A stretch of 64,000 nt of DNA from Octopus sinensis (GCF_006345805.1 NC_043014.1:43586001-43650000); one strand, 5' to 3'. Counted from the first letter of the stretch, positions 38,963 through 51,438 are shown. Program-made: numbers and translations. The notes: generated from the letters alone by a model not told the origin.

Positions 38963-39423
38963 TATACCTTAAGGGCACAGAAAGTGTGCCTAAAGCCAGC
39001 TGGAGGAGATGTTCTCCTGGGGCTACAAGCTACAGTAACACCCACCCTTAGTGGTTAGCCATATTGAGATGGCAAATATACCTCATATTGTCGTGCAGTT
39101 ACTGTTTATACCTCGTTCAGAGATTTATTATTGCTTGCATACAGTTTTTCGAGATCAGTGACGAAAAGTTACCGGAAAAACGTTATAAGGATTTGCATTG
39201 GGACCCCTTTCATTGTAAACTGGTGATTGTCGTACGCTGATGACGGGTAGTCCGCACGTATCACTTAGGTCGACGAGGGAAGGATGACCTCCCTTTGCAA
39301 ATACCTTAAGGGCACAGAAAGTGTGCCTAAAGCCAGCTGGAGGAGATGCTCTCCTGGGGCTACAAGTTACAGTAACACCCACCCTTAGTGGTTAGCCATA
39401 TTGAGATGGCAAATATACCTCAC
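38963..39423. repeat. ~122-bp direct repeat (38963-39085, 39301-39423) with ~215-bp spacer
   Basis: Two substitutions between copies. Confidence 0.9.
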
Positions 39424-41388
39424 ATTTTTGAAAAATATTGTCTTTAAAATGGGCACATTGCACTTAGGTATACAAAAAAAAATGGTTATGGTTAGAATGC
39501 TTTGACTATAGATTTGGTTAATCAGGGTAAACTTAGGAGCCAAAGAGCAAGTTCAGTAATAAATTATAATGAATTCTAACATACGAAAATGCCAGGCCTC
39601 ACATTACAAAAGACGATAAATCTGCCTACTCCAGATAGATGTGGGAGATAAATAACAAGTTCTGTTATAAATTATAATACTTTCTAGCCAAGGTAAGTGC
39701 CAGGCCTCACATCTTGAGAGAGGATAAAATTAACCTTAGTATTTAACTGGTACTTTATTTTATTGGATCCTGTGAGGACGACAAGCTAGATTAATCTCAG
39801 GATTCAAACTCAGTACATAACTAAGTATCTTATTTTGTTCATCACTCTAATGAGCGTATCACTCAAATAATAATACAAATATTATTCAAACTTGTGAAAT
39901 ATAATGCTTCTTTATTCACATTGTTTTGCACTGACCTTGCATTATCTTGTTGCTTTAAGATTTCGAATGATGTTATTGTTTGTTTTTAGAACAACAGTAT
40001 AGGCGTAGGAGTGGCTGTGTGGTAAGTAGCTTGCTTACGAACTTCATGGTTCTGGGTTCAGTCCCACTGCATGGCACCTTGGGCAAGTGTCTTCTACTGT
40101 AGCCTCAAGCCAAAGAAGCCTGTCGTGTATATGTATGTGTGTGTGTATATGTTTGTGTGTCTGTGTTTGTCCCAGCACCCCCACTGCTTCACAAGTGGTG
40201 CTGGTGTGTTCACAAGTGGTGCTGGTGTGTTCACTTAGTGGTTCGGCAAAAGAGACCAATAGAATAAGTACCAGGCTTTAGAAAAACAAAAGTATTGGGG
40301 TTGATTTATTCGACTAAAAGTTCTTCTAATGACTGAAACAAGTAAAAGAATAAAAGAATATTGAAGCTTACTTCCTGAGCTTGTAGTGTTGGATTCAGTC
40401 CCGCTGCACAACAGCTTGGGCAAGTGTCTCCTACTATAACCCTGGGTCAATTAAAGTCTTGTGAGTGGATATAATAGGCAGAAACTGAAAAGAAGCTCAT
40501 CATATATGTGTTGTTTGTAAACAAGCACCACTGTCATATAGGCAGTGTTGTTCATTTCCAGTCTTCTGTAAAAAACATGTCCGGCTAAGGGGAGAGCACC
40601 AAGAAGAGCACTTGGCCACAAAATATTTGCATCAACAAATTCCTTCTAACCCATGCAGGTTTGGAAAAATGGACGTTAAGCAGCAATGATATTGGTGGCA
40701 AACACTGTCTGTGACAGAATCATTCTATTCTGTTGAATTTCGAATGACTTATGCAATAAGTAAAGGAATAGTCAGTAGAAAAGTGGGCTTTAGAAATATG
40801 ATTATCTTATATTTAATTATTGATTTACAGTGCTTTTGTCTTCCAGCAGGCAAATTGGTTTGATTTTTTTTTTTTTTTTGCAGAACTGTGATACGAAGCT
40901 CTGCAAAACTACATTTATTATTAATTCTGCGTTTTGCCGTAATTGTTTTATAGCATTACAGTTAACAGTTTCGACTGTTACTCAACCTGCTAATATGCCT
41001 ATTAATGAAATACTGTGACGTTCTTTTTAAGAAATAAGCAGTCCTAGAGGGAAATGGCTGAGGGTGGGGTGTAAGTAGGTGGTGGTGGTGGTGGTAGTAT
41101 GGAACTATCTGTGTCTTCTCTATCTCTTCCAATTCTACGCTGTTGTTTGTTTGTTTGTATGTTTGTTCCATGTCCGTTCCGCTATTTTTGTTATGTTTGT
41201 GGAGAGGTATTTTTGAAAGAATATTTGGTTAGCTACTATCTTTTAGTTGTGGAGGCACATGGCTTAGTGGTTAGGGCACTCAGCTCATGATCATATGATC
41301 ATAAAGTCATGAGTTGTGTCCTTGAGCAAGACACTTTATTTCACGTTGCTCCAGTCTGGTCAACTGGCAGAAATGAGTAGGACCTTAA

Positions 41389-41608
41389 CCCTTTCGTTAC
41401 TGTATTTATTTTGAAATGCTCTGTGTTTCTTTCAATTTCTTTGAATATTACAAAGAATTTAGTAAAATAACTTAGTTATCATTCAGCTAGTGTCAGGAAC
41501 ATAAATTTTGACTAAGGTTTGGTGGAAGATTTAATTCAAAACTTATGAAAACAAGACATTTGTTCTACAGAGCCAGAGCCGGTTTCAGCCGGGTTGGTAA
41601 GGAAAGGG
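41389..41608. mobile_element. piggyBac-type MITE, family 1 (reverse orientation)
   Basis: TTAA-CCCTTTCGTTAC ... GTAAGGAAAGGG-TTAA. Confidence 0.88.
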
Positions 41609-41611
41609 TTA

Positions 41612-41828
41612 AGGCGGCGAGCTGGCAGAAACATTAGCACGCTGGGCGAAATGCTTAGCAGTATTTCATCTGCCGTTACGTTCTGAGTTCAAATTCTGCC
41701 GAGGTCGCCTTTGCCTTTCATCCTTTCGGGGTCGATAAATTAAGTACCAGTTATGCACTGGGGTCGATGTAATCAACTTAATCCCTTTGTCTGTCCTTGT
41801 TTAGCCCCTTGTGGGCAATAAAGAAATA
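41612..41828 (+). mobile_element. SINE A, tail 1
   Basis: Match to 7201-7432 with a short tail deletion. Confidence 0.88.
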
Positions 41829-43021
41829 AAAAAATGAGTAGTACCTGTATTTGAAAGGGCCAGCCTTGTCACATTTTGTGTCACACTGATTCTCCCTGAG
41901 AACTATGTTAAAGATAAGTACCAGGCTTTTTTAAAAAAAAAAAAGGTCCTGGGGTGGGGCAATTCATTCAACTATAATTCTTCAAAGTGGTGCCCCAGCA
42001 TGGCCGCAGTCTAATGACAGAAACAAGTAAATGATAAATTCATAGCAATATTTGATTATAAAAATATAACAGGATTTTTAAAGCATTGAATGGCTGAGAG
42101 TCTAGCCAAGTATAAGAAGAGTCAAAGAGGGACAGGGTCTATAGGTAAAAAATAGTTGAGAGAACCACTTGTCTAGAATATTGTAGTTTCACATTTCCTG
42201 GGATTGTCTTGAGGTGTGATAAACCAGTCACATTTTCTGTGACTAGTATCTGAAAGAGCAAATGCCAATGGATCAATGTAGGGGAAACAGGACATTTTCT
42301 ATTAATTAAAACTTAAAAGTATGAATCAGGAGTAGAGAGGGGAAAATATCATTGTTAATGATTAATTTTAGTGAACAAATTGAGCAAAATATTTCTTTTT
42401 AAAAGTGGGAAATTTAAAATAATTGAGATTAATTGAATGTAGAATGCAAGGAAAAGTGACTCTGATCTTTTACTGCAGGGCATCAACTCTGTACAGGTTT
42501 CAGTCTGGTTAGACTTCATCAGCAAAATGTCTTACCTAGTGGACAGAAACTGAAACTCTGTGTGTGTGATAGATAGATAGATAGAGAGAGAGAGAGATTG
42601 GATGTGTGTGTCGATATATGTATATACACAGACACTCACACACACATACATACATACATGCAGACAGAGCAAATTTCGTTTAGTTTCCATTTATTAAACC
42701 CACTTATGAGACCTCAGTTGACTTACACCGATTGGGGAAGACACTTGCCCAAGTTAAGTACACAGTGGGACTGAACCCAAGACCACTTGGTTTGGAAGCA
42801 AGCTTCTCAGTCACACAGCTATGTCCTCCTCCTCCTCCTCCTATGTGGTGCAGTGGTTCATGTTTTTTTTTGTTTTTTTTGTATCTTTACATTAAGCACA
42901 AATTGTAGATGGTATATAGCATTAAAATAAACGGTAAGTTGGAATAAAGAAATCAATGGAAAAATAAAAAGACAAAACGAGAATAAAGTTACTTACAAAA
43001 TACTTAAAACAATGACAAAAA

Positions 43022-43185
43022 ACATACATGTATGTATATATGTATATATACATATATATATGTATATATACATATATACATATATATATACATGTATATA
43101 TACATATATACATATATATATGTATATATATACATATATATATATACACATATATATCATGTATATATATATATCTGTGTGTGTA

Positions 43186-43224
<39 letters not shown>

Positions 43225-43298
43225 TATATACATATTTATTTATATATATATATTTATTTATTTATATATATATATATTTATTTATATATATATAATAT

Positions 43299-43334
<36 letters not shown>

Positions 43335-43390
43335 AATATATATACATATTTATTTATATATATATATTTATTTATTTATATATATATATA

Positions 43391-43439
<49 letters not shown>

Positions 43440-43470
43440 TTATATATATATTTATATTATATTATATTAT
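43022..43470. repeat. (TA)n-rich microsatellite field
   Basis: Direct inspection. Confidence 0.95.
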
Positions 43471-44066
43471 ATGTCACTAGTATAATGAAGTATTGCGGTA
43501 AGTTTTCATTAAGTCTATAGGTACCGAAATGCTTATTATTCCAAATATAACAGTTGATGTTTTCTACAATGTGTCTGTCTTGAAAGAACAATGGCTATAA
43601 TCACGGCAGAAATGATTCTTCGAGACTAATAACACTATACATCAACGCTCACATTTATATCGCAAATATCCAGTAAAAAAAAATGGTAAAGAAATGTGTT
43701 ACACGACATTAACCAAAGTAAATAAGTAAATACTAATAAATAAATAAATAAATGAAGGAAACTGATTGAGTTACTAATGAAGAAGATAGTAGTAAGACAC
43801 GGTTAGATGTTCTGGAATGGTAAATGAGCTTCGCCGCTCTATGAGGATAGTCACTAGAATTAGTTGCCTGGTGATGGTTTTGCATTGACATTAGTAAGAA
43901 ACTGGAAGCAAAAGTACCGGTAGTGTGTGTGTGTGTGTGTGTGTACCATGAGAAAAATTAAAGACCAATATTTGCAGATAGGTAGGTGCCTTTCTTAGAA
44001 GAGCCAAAAGAAAGCAAAAAAGATTTTCTTCCATTTGTTATTTCTCAGTAGATATATATATATATA

Positions 44067-44258
44067 TTGCCATGATAAATCGTTAGCCACTACACACATT
44101 TTTTTTCTCTCCTTGTTTTTTTTCTGTTTTACATTCTGTAGAAGAGCGTAGGCTCGAAACGTAAAAGACTTTTTCTATTCCTGGGCGTTATACTAATACA
44201 TCGGTTTGTTTTGTACACCACCTGTCTTCATCTTTTGTTTTTTTCATAAACTTTCCCT
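44067..44258 (+). mobile_element. (TA)n-flanked Penelope-like terminal repeat carrying a hammerhead-like motif
   Basis: Dispersed copies at 44915-45104, 52297-52458 and 17222-17420; contains CTGTAGA-A-GAGC-GTAG-GCTC-GAAA-CG-TA. Confidence 0.6.
44136..44163 (+). ncRNA. Minimal type I hammerhead-ribozyme-like motif (A6U core variant)
   Basis: CUGUAGA core, 4-bp stem II GAGC/GCUC, GAAA, palindromic ACGU stem III, GUA triplet. Stem I is weak in this copy. Confidence 0.5.
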
Positions 44259-45100
44259 ATATATATATATAATATATATATTTATTTATATATATTTATA
44301 TTATATTATATTATATTATATGTCACTAGTATAATGAAGTATTGCGGTAAGTTTTCATTAAGTCTATAGGTACCGAAATGCTTATTATTCCAAATATAAC
44401 AGTTGATGTTTTCTACAATGTGTCTGTCTTGAAAGAACAATGGCTATAATCACGGCAGAAATGATTCTTCGAGACTAATAACACTATACATCAACGCTCA
44501 CATTTATATCGCAAATATCCAGTAAAAAAAAATGGTAAAGAAATGTGTTACACGACATTAACCAAAGTAAATAAGTAAATACTAATAAATAAATAAATAA
44601 ATGAAGGAAACTGATTGAGTTACTAATGAAGAAGATAGTAGTAAGACACGGTTAGATGTTCTGGAATGGTAAATGAGCTTCGCCGCTCTATGAGGATAGT
44701 CACTAGAATTAGTTGCTGGTGATGGTTTTGCATTGACATTAGTAAGAAACTGGAAGCAAAAGTACCGGTAGTGTGTGTGTGTGTGTGTGTGTACCATGAG
44801 AAAAATTAAAGACCAATATTTGCAGATAGGTAGGTGCCTTTCTTAGAAGAGCCAAAAGAAAGCAAAAAAGATTTTCTTCCATTTGTTATTTCTCAGTAGA
44901 TATATATATATATATTGCCATGATAAATCGTTAGCCACTACACACATTTTTTTTCTCTCCTTGTTTTTTCTGTTTTACATTCTGTAGAAGAGCGTAGGCT
45001 CGAAACGTAAAAGACTTTTTCTATTCCTGGGCGTTATACTAATACATCGGTTTGTTTTGTACACCACCTGTCTTCATCTTTTGTTTTTTTCATAAACTTT

Positions 45101-45155
<55 letters not shown>

Positions 45156-46024
45156 TAAATAATATGAGGTGTTTGTATGATTTGTTTATAAGAAATATTT
45201 TCTTTTTTATCTAATTGGAAGAATAAGTTAGTTTTCGCCTGATTCTTGCTAGTTTGTTTTAGTCATCACACCCACCCACTCCTAAGATCATTCTGGTGTA
45301 CCATCAATATTCTAACTTTAAACAACACTTGATTCACTTATTTTAAGTATTTCATAAGTTTTGTTCTCACTTTTTTCCCCTCATATATTTATTCTAAATC
45401 TCTGTTTATTTTCTTGCTATACTTTCTGTAATTTGTATCAAATGCACAGATTTAAAAAATAAAAAATGAGACCCGGGCAACTGTGTAACAAACTCATCAT
45501 TACTATTGCCATTGTTCTTATCAGTATCATCATTTTTGCGTCTGTTTTGCTCCTCATATGCCGAAATAGATCAAATAAATACATGGTCTATTAGCGAGGT
45601 TGAAGTTGATTGAATGGACCATAATCCTTCCCTGCAGATTTCTGGTTTTGTGACAAAATAAGAAATCATTATTTGTTGAAAAGGAAACAAATGAAGTCAA
45701 AAACTCCAGAGGGAGGAGAGAAGAGTTGCACGAAATGAGATTTTTGCACTCACTACTAAAACTTAGAGAAAACATTCTCATGTATAATGATACACAATGA
45801 CTTTTGTTAAATATGATAAATTGCGAAAAAAAGAAAATGTGTTTAGTCTGATTTATTGTAATTGCTGTGTAAAATACATTGTAAAAAAGTTATCTTAAAA
45901 GAAACTAAAACGAATTCAAATGTGATCTTGGGATTACACCATTACAGGTCATAAAAGTATATTTACTGTAAAGTTAGCATTTTTGAATCACACAGTCATA
46001 TTTTTTCATGAAATGTGTTTATTA

Positions 46025-46445
46025 TACTCTTTTACTCATTTTTACTTGTTTCAGTCATTTGACTATGGCCATGCTGGAGCACCGCATTTAGTTGATTGAG
46101 CAATTTGACCCCAGCACTTATTCTTTGTAAGCCTAGTACTTATTCTATCGGTCTCTTTTGCCGAACCGCTAAGTTATGGGGGCGTAAACGCACCAGCATC
46201 GGTTGTCAAGTGATGTTGAGGGGACAAGCACAGACACAGAAACATATACATACACACATATGTACACATATATACATATATATGACAAGCTTCTTTCAGT
46301 TTCCATCTACCAAATCTTCTCACAAGGTTTTGGTTGGCCTGAGGCTATAGTAGAAGACACTTGCCCAAGGTGCCACACAGTGGGACTGAACCCGGAACCA
46401 TGTGGTTCATAAGCAATCTACTTACCACACAGCCACTCCTACGCT
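46025..46445 (-). mobile_element. SINE B
   Basis: Full-length reverse match. Confidence 0.88.
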
Positions 46446-46641
46446 TAGGATACATGAATAAATGCTACTCTTGTTAATATCCTTCAAAAGCCTTCAAGTA
46501 AAAGAAATAGAAACCACAATCCTTGTTTTGTTAATCTTTGTTTTGCATTGTTTAGCCGAGGTCAGCTCTGACTAAGCAGACTTATAATCAAAAGTGTTCC
46601 AGCAAGAATCTGGTCCAAATGCGTTTCCAGGAATTCATTAT

Positions 46642-47514
46642 CCCATGTAACCTTCCCATTTTCGAGATGGTAGACTGTGATTTGAAAGAGATTAGGTTGG
46701 TGTTTCTAGCACAGGGAATGACTGCATAAAGACTCCCTTATTGGCTCATAAAGCATATATATTATGGTTTATTGTTGTATCAAGCAGTTGTTTAATTATA
46801 TTTATCAGTTGTTTTAACCCATGTAACCTTCCCATTTTCGAGATGGTAGACTGTAATTTGAAGGAGATTAGGTTGGTATTTCTAGCACAGCGAATGCCTG
46901 CATCAAGACTCCCTTATTGGCTCATAAAGCATATATATTATGGTTTATTGTTGTATCAAGCAGTTGTTTAATTATATTTATCAGTTGCTTTAACCCATGT
47001 AACCTTCCCATTTTCGAGATGGTAGACTGTAATTTGAAGGAGATTAGGTTGGTATTTCTAGCACAGGGAATGACTGCATCAAGGCTCCCTTATTGGCTCA
47101 TAAAATATATATATTATGGTTTATTGTTGTATCAAGCAGTTGTTTAATTATATTTATCAGTTGTTTTAACCCATGTAACCTTCCCATTTTCGAGATGGTT
47201 GACTGTAATTTGAAGGGGATTAGGTTGGTATTTCTAGCACAGCGAATGACTGCATCAAGGCTCCCTTATTGGCTCATAAAGTATATATATTATGGTTTAT
47301 TGTTGTATCAAGCAGTTGTTTAATTATATTTATCAGTTGTTTTAACCCATGTAACCTTCCCATTTTCGAGATGGTAGACTGTAATTTGAAGGAGATTAGG
47401 TTGGTATTTCTAGCACAGGGAATGACTGCATCAAGACTCTCTTATTGGCTCATAAAATATATATATTATGGTTTATTGTTGTATCAAGCAGTTGTTTAAT
47501 TATATTTATCAGTT
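46642..47514. repeat. 176-bp tandem repeat, ~5 copies
   Basis: Unit starts at 46642, 46818, 46994, 47170 and 47346. Confidence 0.95.
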
Positions 47515-47679
47515 AACCCTTGCTAGTTTACTTTAATAAAGTCGTTTACTCTCTAAGATGATGAAATAATTTGTTACGAAATAATTTGCTACTTGAAGCA
47601 TTATTCAATTCCTTTCCCTTTGTTATATGTTCACAAAATCTTGGTAATACTTAACGAAATTACATTAGTTAACCGAGAG

Positions 47680-48060
47680 TGGAGGCGCAATGGCCCAGTG
47701 GTTAGGGCAGTGGACTCGCGGTCGTAGGATCGCGGTTTCGATTCCCGGACCGGGCATTGTGAGTGTTTATTGAGCGAAAACACCTAAAGCTCCATGAGGC
47801 TCCGGCAGGGGATGGTGGTGATCCCTGCTGTACTCTTTCACCACAACTTTCTCTCACTCTTACTTCCTGTTCCTGTTGTACCTGTATTTCAAAGGGCCGG
47901 CCTTGTCACTCTCTGTGTCACGCTGAATATCCCCAAGAACTACGTTAAGGGTGCACGTGTCTGTGGAGTGCTCAGCCACTTACACGTTAATTTCACGAGC
48001 AGGCTGTTCCGTTGATCGGATCAACCGGAACCCTTGTCGTCGTAACCGACGGAGTGCTTC
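47680..48060 (+). mobile_element. tRNA(Arg)-like-head SINE family C, tail type 1
   Basis: GGCGCAATGGCCCAGTGGTTAGGGCAGTGGACTCGCGGTC...GGTTTCGATTCCC: A box, TCG anticodon-like loop, B box. May correspond to the published octopus OR-type SINEs (unverified). Confidence 0.82.
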
Positions 48061-48348
48061 CCATGTGCACAAATCTTGGTAAATACCCAACTTTATACTA
48101 AACCAAATTAAACATTAGTTAACCGAGATCATAGCGAAAGGTAACATTTTGACTGCCGTTCACAGTTTCACATTCTTCAAAATTAACAGAATGCCTGATT
48201 TTGTGGAATATTGCACAAGCATAGGCAGAACAAATGTTGCTCTTGGAAAACTGTCACAAGTTCCGATGGTGTAGCATTTTTTTGTAGTGGAACCATATTC
48301 TGAATGGAACACAAGTTGCTCTACCGAACTTGGTCAATGAAGCACAAT

Positions 48349-48737
48349 CTTCTTTCTTTCTTTCTTTCTTTCCTTCTCTCTTTTTCTTTGCTCCTTTTCT
48401 TTCTTTCTTTCTTTCTTTCTTCTTACTTCTCTCTTTTTCTTTGCTCCTTTTCTTTCTTTCTTTCTTTCCTTCTCTCTTTTTCTTTGCTCCTTTTCTTTTT
48501 TCCCCTCCTTCCTTCCTTCCTTCCTTCCTTCCTACTTCTTTCTTTCCTTCTCTCTTTTTCTTTGCTCCTTTTCTTCCTTCCTTCCTTCCTTCTTTTCTTT
48601 CTTTCTTCCTTCCTTCCTTGCTCCTTTTCTTTCTTCCTTCCTTCTTTCTTTCCTTTTTCTTCCTTTTTCTTTCTTTTCTTTTCCTTCCTTCCTTCTCCCC
48701 TCCTGCTTTCCTTTCTTTCTTTCTTTCTTTCTTTCTT
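48349..48737. repeat. Polypyrimidine (TTTC/TTCC)n tract with a recurring CTCTCTTTTTCTTTGCTCCTTTTCT unit
   Basis: Direct inspection. Confidence 0.92.
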
Positions 48738-49249
48738 AAATTTGTTAAGGTGGATTTTTATACGGTCAGATGCCCTTCCTGTCACTGACCCTCAACTAAG
48801 ACAAATATCCCTGCCCCACTTTCACTTCCATGACCAGGGATGTTAGCATCAAAAATCGAAAACAAAAAGGCTACTACTTTCACGATGGTGACACTTGCTT
48901 ATGACCATCACCCAGAAACCAAAGCAAAGTAGACCAATAACATAACCTTCTTGGCTTTATTCCCGCAAATATAACGATAAAGTACATTGCTGCCCAAGAC
49001 ACAACAAAAATTGATATGTTTTCAAAATGTCGCTGATACCATAATACATAAAATAATAATAACAGGGGGGGATAAAACATATCAATTACCTTTCTGTGGG
49101 GTGTCGCTGTAAGGGGGGGAAACATCGATTGAATTCAATTTGTCATTGTGTTTTTGCAAAGTAGAGTGCAGAGTACATTGTAACTGAAGCTGTGATATAT
49201 AATTGATACATTTCAAAAACGACCGAAAATAATTTATAATTATATACGT

Positions 49250-49626
49250 GGAGTAATAACACATGATAACATGATAACAGACACGGGGATATTAACGCAT
49301 AATACGCATAACAATAACGTCATAGAAGTAATAATAATAGTAATAATAATAATAATAATGATAATAGTAATAATAATACCATTGCGATACAATAGTAAAA
49401 ACGACAACAACAAATGCAACAACAGCTACAAAAATAATAATAATAATAATGATGATGATGATAATGATAATAATAATAATAATAATGCTATTGCAATACA
49501 ATAGTAAAAACGACAACAACAACAACAATAATAATAATAATAATAATAATACCATTGCAATACAATAGTAAAACGACAAGAAATGCAACAACAACAACAA
49601 TAATAATAATAATGATAATAATAATA

Positions 49627-49660
<34 letters not shown>
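49250..49660. repeat. (AAT)n/(AAC)n field with recurring ATTGC.ATACAATAGTAAAA unit
   Basis: Direct inspection. Confidence 0.9.
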
Positions 49661-49662
<2 letters not shown>

Positions 49663-50715
49663 AGTCATTTCAGTAATATTATACAGAAACATAAACATTT
49701 GTATATATGTTATGAAGTAGTCCTAGTAATCTGTACAGTGTCTGAGAGAGAGAAAAAAAAAATTGTTCCTCGACCTGTTCACCTAAACTTGAATAGATTT
49801 GTAATGTCTACCATGTGGCAACAATGGTGGGGAGTGGGGGGGGCGCAACCCTTACTTAGGTTTGGCCTTCTTTATCTGGTTGAGATATGTTAAGTGTTGT
49901 CTTGGATAGCCAACTTCAAGTAAGAAGGACCAGTTACCGAGAGGAGGTAATGCGGCGGTAACAATCGTTTAAGGAACATTTGCTATCCACTGTAATCTCT
50001 CTCTCTCTATCCTCAGTCTCTCTCCTCACTCTCCCTCTCTCACTCTTTAAAGAGCTCTTTTGTCTATAATATTTTACAGTTAAGAAGAATTTAAATGTAA
50101 CTAAAAGAAAAAGGAAAGGAAAAAAGAAAAAGAAAAGAATTCATCATTCATCATCATCATCATCATCATCATTGTTTAACGTCCGCTTTCCATGCTGGCA
50201 TGGGTTGGACGGTTCAACTGGGGTCTGGGAAGCCAGAAGGCTGCACCAGGCCCAGTCTGATCTGGCAGTGTTTCTACAGCTGGATGCCCTTCCTAACGCC
50301 AACCACTGTGTGGTTACAAAATTCTTGCATTCTTTTGGTTTCCTGTAATTCTCACCACCTCATGGTCCTAGCAGACAAAATGGAAAAAGCGTTGCGGTGT
50401 ATAGTTGGACAGAAATCTCTCATTTGTACAATGGTAAAAGTCAGTGACTATCCAAGAACGAATTCTTCTGGTGCCACGTAAAAAGCACCCAGTGCACTCT
50501 GTAAAGTGGTTGGCATTGGGAAGGCCATCCAATCATAGAAACCATGTCAAAACTGACAAATGGAGCCTGGGAAGGTCTCCAACTCCTGTCAAACCACCCA
50601 TCCCATGCCAGCATGGAAAATGGATGTTAGACGATAATGATTTATTTTTGTAAAATCTTGAATTTGTAAAAATTGTGCTTGAACCTTCCTTATTTGCTAT
50701 ATTCCTCCCATTTAA

Positions 50716-51336
50716 CTCTTTTGATATCAACCAGCCTGAAACCTCTTCTGGTTCACTCGTACAAATGTCTTGTTTTCATAAGTTTTGAATGAAAATCTTC
50801 CACCAAACCTTAGTCACAATTTATGTTCCTAACACTAACTTAATGATAACTAAGTTATTTTACTAAATTCTTTGTTACGTATATTTAAAGTAATTGAAAG
50901 AAACACAGAACATCTCAACAGAAATACAGTAACGGATGGGTTAAAATATATAATAGAGAAACAATTCTTAACCCTTTTAATACCAACCCAGCTGAAACCA
51001 CTTCTGGCTCAGTAGTACAAACGTCTTGTTTTCATAAGTTTTAAATTAAAATCTTCCCCCAAACCTTAGTCACAATTTATGATCCTAACACCAGCTTAAT
51101 GATAACTAAGTTATTTTACTAATTTCTTTGTTACATTTAAAATTAATTGAAATAAACTCAGAACATCTCAACAGAAATATGGTAATATTAGGTTGTCCCA
51201 AAAGTTCGTAAACACTTGCGAAAATTGAATTTTTACTCGCCAAGTACTAACAAAAACAGCAAAAATTATTCCTCAAAATAAAGACCATTATTTTCCAAGA
51301 CTTTCTACGAACTTTTGGGACAACCTTATAAAAGGG
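50716..51336. mobile_element. Two adjacent piggyBac-type family-1 MITEs (50716-50940, 50972-51336)
   Basis: Both are TTAA-flanked with the family-1 body; the second carries the mariner MITE inside its right TIR. Confidence 0.82.
51188..51328. mobile_element. Mariner-type MITE (141 bp)
   Basis: ~23-bp TIRs TTAGGTTGTCCCAAAAGTTCGTA / TACGAACTTTTGGGACAACCTTA, with TA on both sides. Confidence 0.85.
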
Positions 51337-51438
51337 TTAATGAGCACTGGATGTGTTTTAACTCTTTTGATACCGACCCTCCTGAGACCACCTTTGGTTT
51401 TGTGATGCAAATCTCCCCATTTGAAAAATAACCTAATT

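Larger units (their letters stand above)
43440..45105. repeat. Tandem duplication, period ~848 bp, bounded by (TA)n
   Basis: 43471-44260 is repeated at 44320-45105; the differences I see are 1-2 bp indels. Confidence 0.93.

Noticed and set aside
38960-39423. TRIM or solo-LTR pair; twister or canonical hammerhead ribozyme
   Set aside because: No TSD, PBS or adjacent PPT. The twister pseudoknot could not be completed, and CTGATGA at about 39237 lacks the GAAA box.
46741-47499. Four near-identical 76-aa ORFs resembling a peptide gene array or CRISPR-like periodicity
   Set aside because: By-product of the 176-bp tandem repeat: TTG starts, overlapping frames, no unique spacers, no cas genes, eukaryotic context.
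47684-47755. tRNA-Arg gene
   Set aside because: Acceptor stem does not close and the sequence runs into a SINE body; it is a SINE head.
48304-48846. F/L/S-rich membrane-like ORFs (also 62422-63071 and 785-1030)
   Set aside because: Polypyrimidine simple repeats.
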